From positions 1 through 52,138 of the IMG/VR virus record IMGVR_UViG_3300044839_000032: 52,138 bases of DNA; one strand, given 5' to 3'. Below, piece by piece: positions 18,920 to 27,700 of this stretch; position 1 is the first letter of the stretch, and each line of letters begins with the position of its first letter. The notes under the pieces were generated by a model, which was not told the origin of the DNA, searched no databases, and saw only the letters and a program-made list of their open reading frames with translations. A program made the translations under genes and the position numbers. This DNA is from a virus. Taxonomy: Duplodnaviria; Caudoviricetes.

Positions 18920-18966
18920 TAATCCACAGCTTTCGTAAGCCGCCGTTTGACGCCCATGCTATAAAT
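18920..18966 (+). promoter_or_regulatory. Putative late promoter: DnaA-box-like site + extended -10 TGCTATAAAT
   Basis: 29/47 ungapped identity to 23128-23174. Confidence 0.6.
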
Positions 18967-18983
18967 AACTCAACTCTCCCTCG

Positions 18984-21104
18984 ATGCCTCGCACCAAACC
19001 CTCCGCAAAAGCTTCATCGAAAGATACCGAGTCATCTGATACGGCTCCAGCCACGTCCCAGAACGTGAAGCCGTTGCCAGACGAGAAGGAAAATGGTTCG
19101 AGCTACTCCCCGACCGGGACCGAAGGCAAGGTCCAGAAGCAGTACCTCCGCAGGAAGCAGGAGATCCTCCAAAGCCGTACCAACGTCTCCGGCATCAACA
19201 TCGACCAGAAGATGCGGGAGTGGGACAAGAACTACTTCAACCGCGACGCAGACATCCCGCCGGCCGAGGTAGACGTTGACCAGAGACCTATCGCCATCAA
19301 CCGAGCGTACGGCAAGATCCAAACAGCCCTTGGAATCCTCGTAGACCGCAACCCGACGTACGTTCTAAACGAGAACATCGCGAAGTTCAGGGGAAACCGC
19401 GAGATCATCCGCGCCCTCGCTAACGCTTCATGGAAGAACTCGAACAGCCTCGGCCAGTTCAAGCTCTCCGTCTTCAACTGCGCCAAGCGCGGTTTCTTCG
19501 TCGGAAGGACCTACAACCGCATCATCGCGAACATGGGCCGGTTCCCGAAGACCATGGAGTCGAACGGCCGCATCAAGTACGAGAGCCGTCTCGTCACCCA
19601 CATGGACGACATCGGCTACGTGAACCTCGACAACCGGAACGTTTGGATCGACGAAGCCGCCCGGCCTGAAGATATGTACTCGATCAGAGACTGGATGTGG
19701 CGCGAGGTCTGGCACATCGACGACATCAAGGCCACGTTCCCGATCACTGAGTTCCCGAACATGAAGTACGTCCACTCCGGCGGCAACACCCAGGAGACGA
19801 TCTACGGCAGCTCCCAGAGCGAAGGCAACATGTCCGTGACTCAGGCCCGTGAGCACAAGAAGGGCATGACCGAGATCTTCTTCTACGAGAACTACAAGAC
19901 GGATTGGTTCATCATCGAGATCAACGGCATCATGGTGGTTTGGGAGCCGCTCCCCCAGTACCACAAGCGCATCTCGCTCGTTACCGGCCTTTGGTCCCTG
20001 CGTTCTGCTGAGGACATCTACGGCATCGGCGTTATCGAGGCGATGGAGCGATCCGAATCCCTCATTGATCGCATCAACAACATGGACCTTCGCCAGCTCC
20101 TGCTTTCGATCAACCCGCCCGGCTTTTACTCAGGAACCGAGGACTTCGAGAACGAAGAGATCAGGCTCAAAGCAGGCGTACTTCGTCGAACCCTCAACCC
20201 GAGAGATGTCAATTGGCTCATAGTCCCGAAGCCTGACGATGGCGCATCAAAGCGCATCGCACAGATCCAGCAGGACGAGGACAGGGACACAGGTATCACG
20301 AGAGCCGTTGAAGGCGACCCCTCGGCGCAGAACAGCAACGACACCGCCTTCGAACTCGGCCTCGACAAAGAAGCCGCCTTAAAGCGTCTCCGAATCCCCC
20401 TGAAGTCCTTCCAAAGCGCCCTCGAATGGGAGGCGAAGAACCGCATCGCGCTCATTCAGCAGACCTACTCTGATTTTCAGGTTGAACACATCGCTGACCA
20501 AGACGACATCTTTGATTACCTTGACGAGGTGAAGAAGGACCCGTCGTATTACTACATCGAGAACGAAGGCAAGGCAGGCGGGGAGAAGTTTTTCAAGAAG
20601 CAGTACCGCGAAGTCTCGCTCGCCGTCGAGCAGGACGAGAAGGGTAACTTCATCGAGACAGACCATGAGGCGTTCTTCAAAGTAAAACCCGAATGGCTCG
20701 CGTGGTCCGGGTCCGTGAGCGTCGATATGGACTCGCTCTTGGTTCAGTCAGATCAGGTGGAACAGGCCCAGACCATCAAGCTCACGAACCTACTCATGCC
20801 TATCTTCCAGCTCGGTCCTGAGATCGGAAAGAAGCCGGCCGAGCAGCTCCTTCAGGCGCACAACAAGGACCCGAAGAAGTGGCTCCCTGACGCGTGGCTG
20901 AACCCTCCTCAGAAAGAGGCCAAGCCAAACCTTCCGCCCGCTCTCGCGGCCCTTCAGGACCGGAATGCCGCGGCTCCAGGCGGCGGAGCAAACGCGAACC
21001 CGACCGCTCCATCTTCTTCAGCTCCCCAGTCTCAGACCCTAGTACCTCCGGGCGCAGTCGATACCGGAACACCACGCGGAATGCCGAATGCCACCGCTGC
21101 GTGA
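18984..21104 (+). CDS. Portal protein (podovirus-type)
   Basis: 706 aa directly after TerL; YGIGVIE, DRDTGIT...TAFE pattern; low-complexity termini. Confidence 0.8.
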   Translation: MPRTKPSAKASSKDTESSDTAPATSQNVKPLPDEKENGSSYSPTGTEGKVQKQYLRRKQEILQSRTNVSGINIDQKMREWDKNYFNRDADIPPAEVDVDQRPIAINRAYGKIQTALGILVDRNPTYVLNENIAKFRGNREIIRALANASWKNSNSLGQFKLSVFNCAKRGFFVGRTYNRIIANMGRFPKTMESNGRIKYESRLVTHMDDIGYVNLDNRNVWIDEAARPEDMYSIRDWMWREVWHIDDIKATFPITEFPNMKYVHSGGNTQETIYGSSQSEGNMSVTQAREHKKGMTEIFFYENYKTDWFIIEINGIMVVWEPLPQYHKRISLVTGLWSLRSAEDIYGIGVIEAMERSESLIDRINNMDLRQLLLSINPPGFYSGTEDFENEEIRLKAGVLRRTLNPRDVNWLIVPKPDDGASKRIAQIQQDEDRDTGITRAVEGDPSAQNSNDTAFELGLDKEAALKRLRIPLKSFQSALEWEAKNRIALIQQTYSDFQVEHIADQDDIFDYLDEVKKDPSYYYIENEGKAGGEKFFKKQYREVSLAVEQDEKGNFIETDHEAFFKVKPEWLAWSGSVSVDMDSLLVQSDQVEQAQTIKLTNLLMPIFQLGPEIGKKPAEQLLQAHNKDPKKWLPDAWLNPPQKEAKPNLPPALAALQDRNAAAPGGGANANPTAPSSSAPQSQTLVPPGAVDTGTPRGMPNATAA

Positions 21105-21324
21105 GAATCGGCACTTCCGTGCCCAGTGTGCCCTCATCGTCGAGCAGCATGAGGACACCATCAAAGCGATCCTCGAAGACGAGATGGCCACCATGTCCAA
21201 GGACGCCACGATCGGAGACAGCGAGTTCGAGATCGTGAAGTCAGCGATCTACACCGCAGGTCTCAAAGAAGGCATGAAGCGCGTACTAGCCAAACTTCAC
21301 GAATATGCCCGAAGAGAAAATTGA
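21088..21324 (+). CDS. Hypothetical protein (post-portal)
   Basis: Overlaps the portal stop. Confidence 0.6.
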   Translation: MPPLRENRHFRAQCALIVEQHEDTIKAILEDEMATMSKDATIGDSEFEIVKSAIYTAGLKEGMKRVLAKLHEYARREN

Positions 21325-21724
21325 ACGAACCTGGCAGATCAAGGCTCCGAACACCGGAACTATTTTTGAGTTCCGGCCCATCTTCCTTGCGAACGAGGAG
21401 AGCGGCGAAGTCGAGTGCAAAGAGATCCAGGTGAAGGTTGACGGCAAGGTCCACAAGTTCGCCTACGACAACCTCTACATGTTCATGTACTTCGTCTCGA
21501 ACGAAGAGATGCGCCGGAAGCTCATGCAGCGATACGAACAGCAAATTACGAGCATTCCCTACGACGTGACCTTCAAGCTCGACAAGCAAGAACGCGAGTC
21601 CGGCCACGCCCAGCGACGCATCACGCTCCAGGTTGGAGAGATCGCCATGGCCATGGTCCGCGCTGAAGCCGAGATGCTGCGAAGCAAGGACCCCACCATT
21701 CAAAAGATATTCAAAGGAACATAA
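21305..21724 (+). CDS. Hypothetical protein
   Basis: 139-aa ORF with phage-like codon usage. Confidence 0.6.
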   Translation: MPEEKIERTWQIKAPNTGTIFEFRPIFLANEESGEVECKEIQVKVDGKVHKFAYDNLYMFMYFVSNEEMRRKLMQRYEQQITSIPYDVTFKLDKQERESGHAQRRITLQVGEIAMAMVRAEAEMLRSKDPTIQKIFKGT

Positions 21725-21750
21725 AGGTCGTAACCCAAAACAACACCAAC

Positions 21751-21909
21751 ATGGATGAAACCCCAAACGTCCCCGAAGTCCAGGAGGAAGCCGCCGAGCA
21801 AGCCCCTGAGGTTGTGGCTCCGACTGTTGAAGCGCCTGAAGCCGAAGAAGCGGCCGTTGAAGCTGCCGGCCCGGAAGAAGTAGCACCAGAAGAAGAAACC
21901 ACGGTCTAA
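21751..21909 (+). CDS. Small, very acidic Glu/Ala/Pro-rich protein, not in the ORF track
   Basis: MDETPNVPEVQEEAAEQAPEVV..., 52 aa. Confidence 0.55.
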   Translation: MDETPNVPEVQEEAAEQAPEVVAPTVEAPEAEEAAVEAAGPEEVAPEEETTV

Positions 21910-21949
21910 AACCCGTGGTCCACGTCGCAAGTAACCCAATACAACATCA

Positions 21950-22648
21950 ATGCAGAAATGCGAAACGTGCGGCAAGGATTACAAGAACCTCGCCGCTCAT
22001 CAAAGGTCCGCGCACCCTGAACCTGTAGGCGAGATGGCTGGTACGGGCACCGTGCCAACTAGTCCCACAACTGCCCTCCCAACCGCCCCAGATCATTCTT
22101 CGACCGAAGCCATGATGGGCGAGATTCTCGGCTTGGTGCGGACCATCACGGAGAAGCAGGAAGCAGCGGACAAGCGGATTGACCGAATCGAGACCGGCGG
22201 CGCGAACGACTTCAAGCACGGCAAGAACGCTACGGACGTTGAAGCCGCGGACCGCTCGAAAGAGAACATCAACCCGCGTGTCGTCCAGATTGTCGAAGAA
22301 ACCCTCGGCGATGACTTCAAGGTGGAGCTGAAGCCCCACCGCGACCGCCCAGGCTTCGAGTTCACCGTCATCGTTCCTTCACGCCTCTCTGATCTCCCGA
22401 CCGACGACAGACCCGTGATGGACCTCACAAGCACCCACCCAAGGAAGTACAAGCTCGACCAGTACGGTGAGGTGATCTTCGAGACCTATCACCCAGAAGA
22501 CCGCAGGACCAGAGCTGTCTCCTCTACCGACAGCTACGACGTGATCCGCGAGCACTGTGAGCGTATCCGCGCCCACATCATCGCCACGTTCCAGAAGACG
22601 AACCGGCCAGTCCCCGAGTTCAAGCTCCGAGCGAGCCACCAACTCTAA
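21950..22648 (+). CDS. Hypothetical protein with N-terminal C2H2 zinc finger
   Basis: CETCGKDYKNLAAHQRSAH. Confidence 0.65.
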   Translation: MQKCETCGKDYKNLAAHQRSAHPEPVGEMAGTGTVPTSPTTALPTAPDHSSTEAMMGEILGLVRTITEKQEAADKRIDRIETGGANDFKHGKNATDVEAADRSKENINPRVVQIVEETLGDDFKVELKPHRDRPGFEFTVIVPSRLSDLPTDDRPVMDLTSTHPRKYKLDQYGEVIFETYHPEDRRTRAVSSTDSYDVIREHCERIRAHIIATFQKTNRPVPEFKLRASHQL

Positions 22649-23121
22649 TGGCAAGCCTTGCGATCAAGAACCGGCATCTCGTCGGCCTCTGCACCTGGCT
22701 TCAGGGCCTCGCCCTCGCCGGGAAGGAGAGCCGCGAGCGTACCCGCTTTGTAGACCTTTGCATTCCCCGAATCAGTGAGCTTGAGGGGTTGAAAGGTCAG
22801 GTTGTTGAGAAGTACTGCCTGAAGAACGAGGACGGCAGTCGGAAGACCATCGAGAAGGACGGCCGCATTCACTGGGACATTCCAGCCGACCAGGAAGCAG
22901 CGTTCCGAAAGGACCTCGAAGAGCTTGAGAACGAAGAGTTCCTCATCGATCTCCTTGACGGCAACATCTCGAAGGTGAACACCGTCCGCAATCTCGTTTT
23001 GAACACGGACTTCAAGTTCGGTCCAGCCGAGGAAGACGACGAAGCAGAGCGTGACGCGAAGGTCCGTCTGGCGCATGACTACTCCGAGTGGTGTATCGCG
23101 TTTGAGACACTCGAAGCGTAG
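22648..23121 (+). CDS. Hypothetical phage protein
   Basis: TAATG coupling to the previous gene. Confidence 0.6.
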   Translation: MASLAIKNRHLVGLCTWLQGLALAGKESRERTRFVDLCIPRISELEGLKGQVVEKYCLKNEDGSRKTIEKDGRIHWDIPADQEAAFRKDLEELENEEFLIDLLDGNISKVNTVRNLVLNTDFKFGPAEEDDEAERDAKVRLAHDYSEWCIAFETLEA

Positions 23122-23127
23122 GCCAAG

Positions 23128-23174
23128 TTATCAACAGAAACCGAAAGCGACAGTATGTGAACGGTGGTATAAAT
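23128..23174 (+). promoter_or_regulatory. Putative late promoter: TTATCAACAG + extended -10 TGGTATAAAT
   Basis: Aligns with 18920-18966. Confidence 0.6.
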
Positions 23175-23202
23175 CAATCAAGTCGGTACCGTACCTTCAC
23201 AG

Positions 23203-23343
23203 TAGAAACCTAGATCTCCGGGGATCAGGGCTAAGTGCTGGCAGAGAGCAATCTCGGTCAGTTTGTGCTCTGGCAGTAACGGTTCCCCGGAGGTCCCGTT
23301 GCAGCCGGCACTTAGCTCTCGATCCTCACGAGAGCTTTTTCTA
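23203..23343 (+). ncRNA. Structured RNA (long stem closing a four-way junction) in the leader of the scaffold/capsid operon
   Basis: 23222-23242 pairs with 23304-23325 (G-U pairs on the plus strand); internal GAGA-GCAA-TCTC GNRA hairpin and two more stems. Confidence 0.55.
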
Positions 23344-23413
23344 TATCGGGAGAACGCCACTCCTTGTCAGCCGGACGCACGTTGCGCGAGGCACAAATGG
23401 TTGTTAATAGAAA

Positions 23414-24103
23414 ATGCCTGAACCAATTGAGGAGAAATCTGAAGTCGTAAAACTTCAGGAACAGATCGCGAACCTTGAGAAAGGCATAGCGACTGAACGA
23501 GGACAGCGACACGAGACCGAGACGAAGTACTCAACCCTCGACACCGAGTTACGAGAACTCAAAGCGAAGGTTGGCACAGCGCTCGATCCGAAGCCCGTTG
23601 AACTCAAGCCCGACGACGAAGAGAAACTTGAAGCCTTTGCCAAGAAAAAGGGGTTCGTCACAGCCGAAGAGCTGCAAACCGAGCGAGCACGTCTCGCCGA
23701 ACAGACGATCAAATCCTACGAGACGCAAGCGGTCACAGAGTTTCTTGAGAAACACCCCGAAGCGGACGACAACGAGGTGTGGGCCAAAGTCCAGGAGGAG
23801 TTTCAGCTTTACAAGCAGCCGAACAACCTCGTGACCTACCGAGCCTTGCTCAATCGCGTCTGGGAAGACGTGAACGACAAGAAAGGCAAGGCCAGAGAGG
23901 AAGGGAAAGCCGCCGCGAAAGCCGAAGCAGCCACCAACGCACGCTTAGCCCTCGGTGGAGGAACCCAGCCATCGGATACCGATGACACGGACTCTCCCGA
24001 GAGTCTCCAGAAGAAATATCCACATCTCTCCAAAGAACAGATCGCATCGACCAAATCAGAACTGGCCGCGATCATCAAGGAGCGAAACAAAGACAAAAAA
24101 TAA
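23414..24103 (+). CDS. Capsid scaffolding protein
   Basis: Charged coiled-coil protein upstream of the capsid genes. Confidence 0.7.
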   Translation: MPEPIEEKSEVVKLQEQIANLEKGIATERGQRHETETKYSTLDTELRELKAKVGTALDPKPVELKPDDEEKLEAFAKKKGFVTAEELQTERARLAEQTIKSYETQAVTEFLEKHPEADDNEVWAKVQEEFQLYKQPNNLVTYRALLNRVWEDVNDKKGKAREEGKAAAKAEAATNARLALGGGTQPSDTDDTDSPESLQKKYPHLSKEQIASTKSELAAIIKERNKDKK

Positions 24104-24532
24104 ATGGTCAAACTCTCCGACTCCCTTTATGGCAAGCTCCCGACCCTCACCGGCACGGTAGCGAGCCTTACGGCCGTCAAAGGGTCCTTGGTAGCCGCAG
24201 ACCTCACGAACGCGAAACTTGTCGCCGTGACCGGTTCTGTCGGTACTACCCAGACCTTGATGGGCGTCCTTTCAAAGGCGGTCGCAAGCACCGACACTCT
24301 TGCCGAATGGAAACCGCTGAACTCCGGCGTGTACTGCATCGTGGACTGCACGAACAACACTGCCGCGAACCAGCTTTTCAAGCGTCAAGCGATGACCGAT
24401 GCCTCGACCGTCGCAAATACCTCCACCGACATCACGACTAACCTCGGGGTGTTCATGCCGCTCAAGGTCGTGGGCGCAGCCGCAGATAAAAAGCTGTACG
24501 GGTACTTCATTACCCTCGGCCAAACTACCTAA
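24104..24532 (+). CDS. Putative capsid decoration/cement protein
   Basis: 142 aa, Thr/Ala/Val-rich, between scaffold and capsid genes. Confidence 0.55.
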   Translation: MVKLSDSLYGKLPTLTGTVASLTAVKGSLVAADLTNAKLVAVTGSVGTTQTLMGVLSKAVASTDTLAEWKPLNSGVYCIVDCTNNTAANQLFKRQAMTDASTVANTSTDITTNLGVFMPLKVVGAAADKKLYGYFITLGQTT

Positions 24533-24539
24533 CATCTAA

Positions 24540-25544
24540 ATGAGCGCTAACCCTACAGCGGTCCCCTTCGACATCAACGCCGCGGCCGACCTGACCGACC
24601 TCTCCATTCAGGAGATCTGGATCAAGTCCCCGGCTGATGTGAAGGAGTACTTCCGCGACTACTACTACTCCGAACCGGTCTCTGACTACATCGTGAAGGA
24701 CTCGTCCCTCACCTCTGTCTCGACCTTCGGCAAGATCCCAGAGAACGGCAACATTCCGGCAGGCTCCCCGGCGCAAGGTTTCAAGCAGACCTACACTCAG
24801 AGCTTCTTCGCCGGCATGATCCGTGTCACCCGTCCGATGTGGCGCTACGGCGTCCAGGCGCGCAAATTGACTCAGCTCGTCGACGAAGAGCGGAAAGACG
24901 CCATGCGTTTCCGCGAAACCGTCTTGGCGAACGTGTTGAACAACGCGACCTCCACGTCCTACACCGAAACTTCCGGTCCGTTCGCTTACTCCGTAACGAA
25001 CACCGGTGGCGATGGTGTTGCCTTGCAGTCTGCCTCCCACACCCGTGAGGACGGCGGCACCAACTGGGCGAACGTCATCACTGACGGCACCACGAACAAC
25101 ATGAGCTTCGACTACAGCGCATGGAAAGCAGCCTTGAAGACCGCTCAGGCGATCAAAGGCGGCGTCGGCGAAATCTTGGACGTCGCACCCGATGCGATTC
25201 TCGTCAAGAAGAACTCGTCCGCTCACTTCCGCGCGCAGGAAGTTCTGAAGTCAATCGAGAAAGGCGAACGGCCTGGTACCACGAACCGCGACGGTTCGAT
25301 CAGCGCTTCGTTCGAGATCCGCGCAAATCCGTATCTGACCTCAGACACGGCATGGGGCGCGATCGACACGAACCTCATCGGTCCGAAGTTCGGCCTCCAG
25401 TACAAGGAGGGAATGCCTCTCACGATGGACCCTCAGTTCATCGACTACGACACGAAGGAGATCAAGTACTCGATCGGATGCGACTTTGCTTACGGCTTCA
25501 ACGACGTACGCAACCTCACCTGGTCAACTGGCTTGAACGCCTAG
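24540..25544 (+). CDS. Major capsid protein (HK97 fold)
   Basis: 334 aa; position; FGKIPENG, GDGVALQSASH, NPYLTS..AW, C-terminal DFAYGFNDVR. Confidence 0.8.
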   Translation: MSANPTAVPFDINAAADLTDLSIQEIWIKSPADVKEYFRDYYYSEPVSDYIVKDSSLTSVSTFGKIPENGNIPAGSPAQGFKQTYTQSFFAGMIRVTRPMWRYGVQARKLTQLVDEERKDAMRFRETVLANVLNNATSTSYTETSGPFAYSVTNTGGDGVALQSASHTREDGGTNWANVITDGTTNNMSFDYSAWKAALKTAQAIKGGVGEILDVAPDAILVKKNSSAHFRAQEVLKSIEKGERPGTTNRDGSISASFEIRANPYLTSDTAWGAIDTNLIGPKFGLQYKEGMPLTMDPQFIDYDTKEIKYSIGCDFAYGFNDVRNLTWSTGLNA

Positions 25545-25621
25545 TTCCGCTTTGAGGGTGTGCGTGAACACCCTCCCAACTTACGAGACCGCTCTTTCCG
25601 CCGAGCCTCTCGCCCCAGGAC

Positions 25622-25963
25622 ATGCGGAAACTCCTTAACAACAAGAACTCAACCAAAGCCGAGCGAAGATTCCATGAAAGCCTCAAGGCCCATCGGATCC
25701 CCTTCCTCTTCAGAAAGAAGGTGCTCGGCCGCGAGATCGACTTCCTCATCGGCAAGATCGCTATCGAGATCGACGGCCACGAACAGGACCGAGCCAAGAA
25801 CAAACTCCTGCTCGAAGCCGGGTACTCGCTGGTCCATCTCTCGAACCGCGAAGTCCTCGAACAAAACTACTCAAACATCATCAAACAATGTCTACAGCAC
25901 GTCCATCAGCTCAAACCTCTAACGTCAACGTTCTCGGTCTCGACGGCAACGTTGAAACCGTAG
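25622..25963 (+). CDS. DUF559/Vsr-like endonuclease
   Basis: STKAERRF...EIDFLI..IAIEIDG.....KNKLL..AGYSLVHL. Confidence 0.7.
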   Translation: MRKLLNNKNSTKAERRFHESLKAHRIPFLFRKKVLGREIDFLIGKIAIEIDGHEQDRAKNKLLLEAGYSLVHLSNREVLEQNYSNIIKQCLQHVHQLKPLTSTFSVSTATLKP

Positions 25964-26562
25964 GAACCCCGTCCATAACTGTCCTCATGCGTGATCCGAA
26001 TAACGACGTTCTTCTTGCGAGCGGAACCACGGTCCCAACCGCCGGTGACGCCGGATACGGTCCGGGCGCAGAGTTCATCAAGACGAACGGATCGACCGGA
26101 ACCACGATCTATACGAACGAAGGAACGGCCTCGGCCGCAGCCTTCCATGCTTCGGCTCCGACCGAAACCGTAACCGTAACTTCCGCGACCATCGCGACCA
26201 CGAGCACCACGATTGGCTACGCCGTTGCCCCGAAAACAGGCGCTCTGATCTCCGTAGACTTTGCGGGCAAAGATGCTCTTACGACTTCGGACTCGAACTA
26301 CATCACCTGGACCATCACGAACCTCGGTCAGGCAGGCGCGGGTTCGACCGCGATGCTTGCTACCTCTCCGGCAGGTATCAACACCACGAAGGTAACCGGT
26401 GGAACCGCGATAACTGCAGACGGCGTTTACGCGCTCACCCTCTCAGGCACTGCCGGCAACCTCGCAGTTGCCCAAGGTGACCAGTTGAAGATCACCGCGA
26501 CCGCGACCGGCACTTTGGCGAACACCGTCACCTTCCCTCGCTACCAGCTCCGCTTCGCCTAA
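25888..26562 (+). CDS. Virion structural protein (Thr/Gly/Ala-rich)
   Basis: Composition and position in the morphogenesis operon. Confidence 0.6.
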   Translation: MSTARPSAQTSNVNVLGLDGNVETVGTPSITVLMRDPNNDVLLASGTTVPTAGDAGYGPGAEFIKTNGSTGTTIYTNEGTASAAAFHASAPTETVTVTSATIATTSTTIGYAVAPKTGALISVDFAGKDALTTSDSNYITWTITNLGQAGAGSTAMLATSPAGINTTKVTGGTAITADGVYALTLSGTAGNLAVAQGDQLKITATATGTLANTVTFPRYQLRFA

Positions 26563-26579
26563 ACCAATCACTTACCCGA

Positions 26580-26975
26580 ATGTTCAACCCCGACATCGAA
26601 CTTCAGCAGCCGCGCTCCGTCCGAGCCAGCGCCGTTCTCACGAGCGCCTATGTGGTGGGCACCAACACAGTGAGCTTCGGTCGCCACAATGCTCTCGGCA
26701 TCGAAGTCAGCTACACCAAAGGCGATGAAACCTCCATGCAGATGAAGGTGGAGGTCTCGAACGACGGCGGTACGACCTGGGCACAGGAGACAACCGAGAC
26801 CACGACCGCTGGAACCGTGGCGGTGGCCCTTGCCGAACGGTCCTACTCGGCAACCGGCGTTTACTCGACCTTCCTTCGACCCCTGCGCGCGGGACTTGCC
26901 CGAATCAGCGTCAAAGCCACTGGTGGAACTCCAACCGGAACCGTCGCGATCCGGGCCTACCCAAGCTGGGCTTAA
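26580..26975 (+). CDS. Putative virion structural protein
   Basis: Beta-rich; VEVSNDGGTTW. Confidence 0.55.
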   Translation: MFNPDIELQQPRSVRASAVLTSAYVVGTNTVSFGRHNALGIEVSYTKGDETSMQMKVEVSNDGGTTWAQETTETTTAGTVAVALAERSYSATGVYSTFLRPLRAGLARISVKATGGTPTGTVAIRAYPSWA

Positions 26976-27697
26976 TGGTTGACCGCGAGCTACAAGCGGA
27001 AGAGAAGAACCTCGAAGCCTCGGTCGCCTTCTTACGATCTGAAAACCAGCGTGAAGCAGCTCTCCTTTCAAAGCTTCTCGCGAAGAAGAAGGCGGCTGAG
27101 ACCGGGGCCAGAGCAGCCGAGAAGAAGGCTCTCACCGCCGTAGCTCGCCTCGACGACCTAAAAGCCGCCCATGACACGGAGAAGGCCGCTAGAGCTGCTC
27201 TCAGAGGCTCTCAGAGCAGCGAACGAGCCCTCCACGCCGAGGAGCTTAACCAACTCAAGACCGACCATCAGCAAGCTCAAGGCGAGATTGCCAATCTGCA
27301 TGAGGTGATCGCAACTCTTGAGGCCAAGAAAACGGACCTTGAATCGACGGTAGAAACGCTCCAGGCGAACATCAACGCGAAAGCGGAACTGGCGCAAGGT
27401 TTCGTCGAGCTCACCCGGGAGATCGCGACTCTAGAAGATCGCCGCGATTCTCTTCTTTCTGACATTTCCCGCATTACCGAAGAAGGTGAAGCGACGAAAA
27501 GAACCACTGCAACGGACCTCGCGACGCTCGAATCCTCTGCCGCCTCAGCCCGCGCAGAACTGGCGGAAGCGGAGAGCCGCAAGAAGCTCATCGACGACGA
27601 GTGCCAGCGCAAAAGCGCGGATCTCCTCATCGCCATCGAGCGCATCGAAGCCGAATATCAAAAGGCGTTCCCCGGTCTACGCCTTCTTCTCATCTAG
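26975..27697 (+). CDS. Coiled-coil protein
   Basis: Heptad-rich Ala/Glu/Leu sequence. Confidence 0.6.
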   Translation: MVDRELQAEEKNLEASVAFLRSENQREAALLSKLLAKKKAAETGARAAEKKALTAVARLDDLKAAHDTEKAARAALRGSQSSERALHAEELNQLKTDHQQAQGEIANLHEVIATLEAKKTDLESTVETLQANINAKAELAQGFVELTREIATLEDRRDSLLSDISRITEEGEATKRTTATDLATLESSAASARAELAEAESRKKLIDDECQRKSADLLIAIERIEAEYQKAFPGLRLLLI

Positions 27698-27700
27698 CCC

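Noticed and set aside
23203-23343. Phage tRNA gene
   Set aside because: Cloverleaf-like, but no T-loop GTTC consensus, no CCA end, and the closing stem is far too long.
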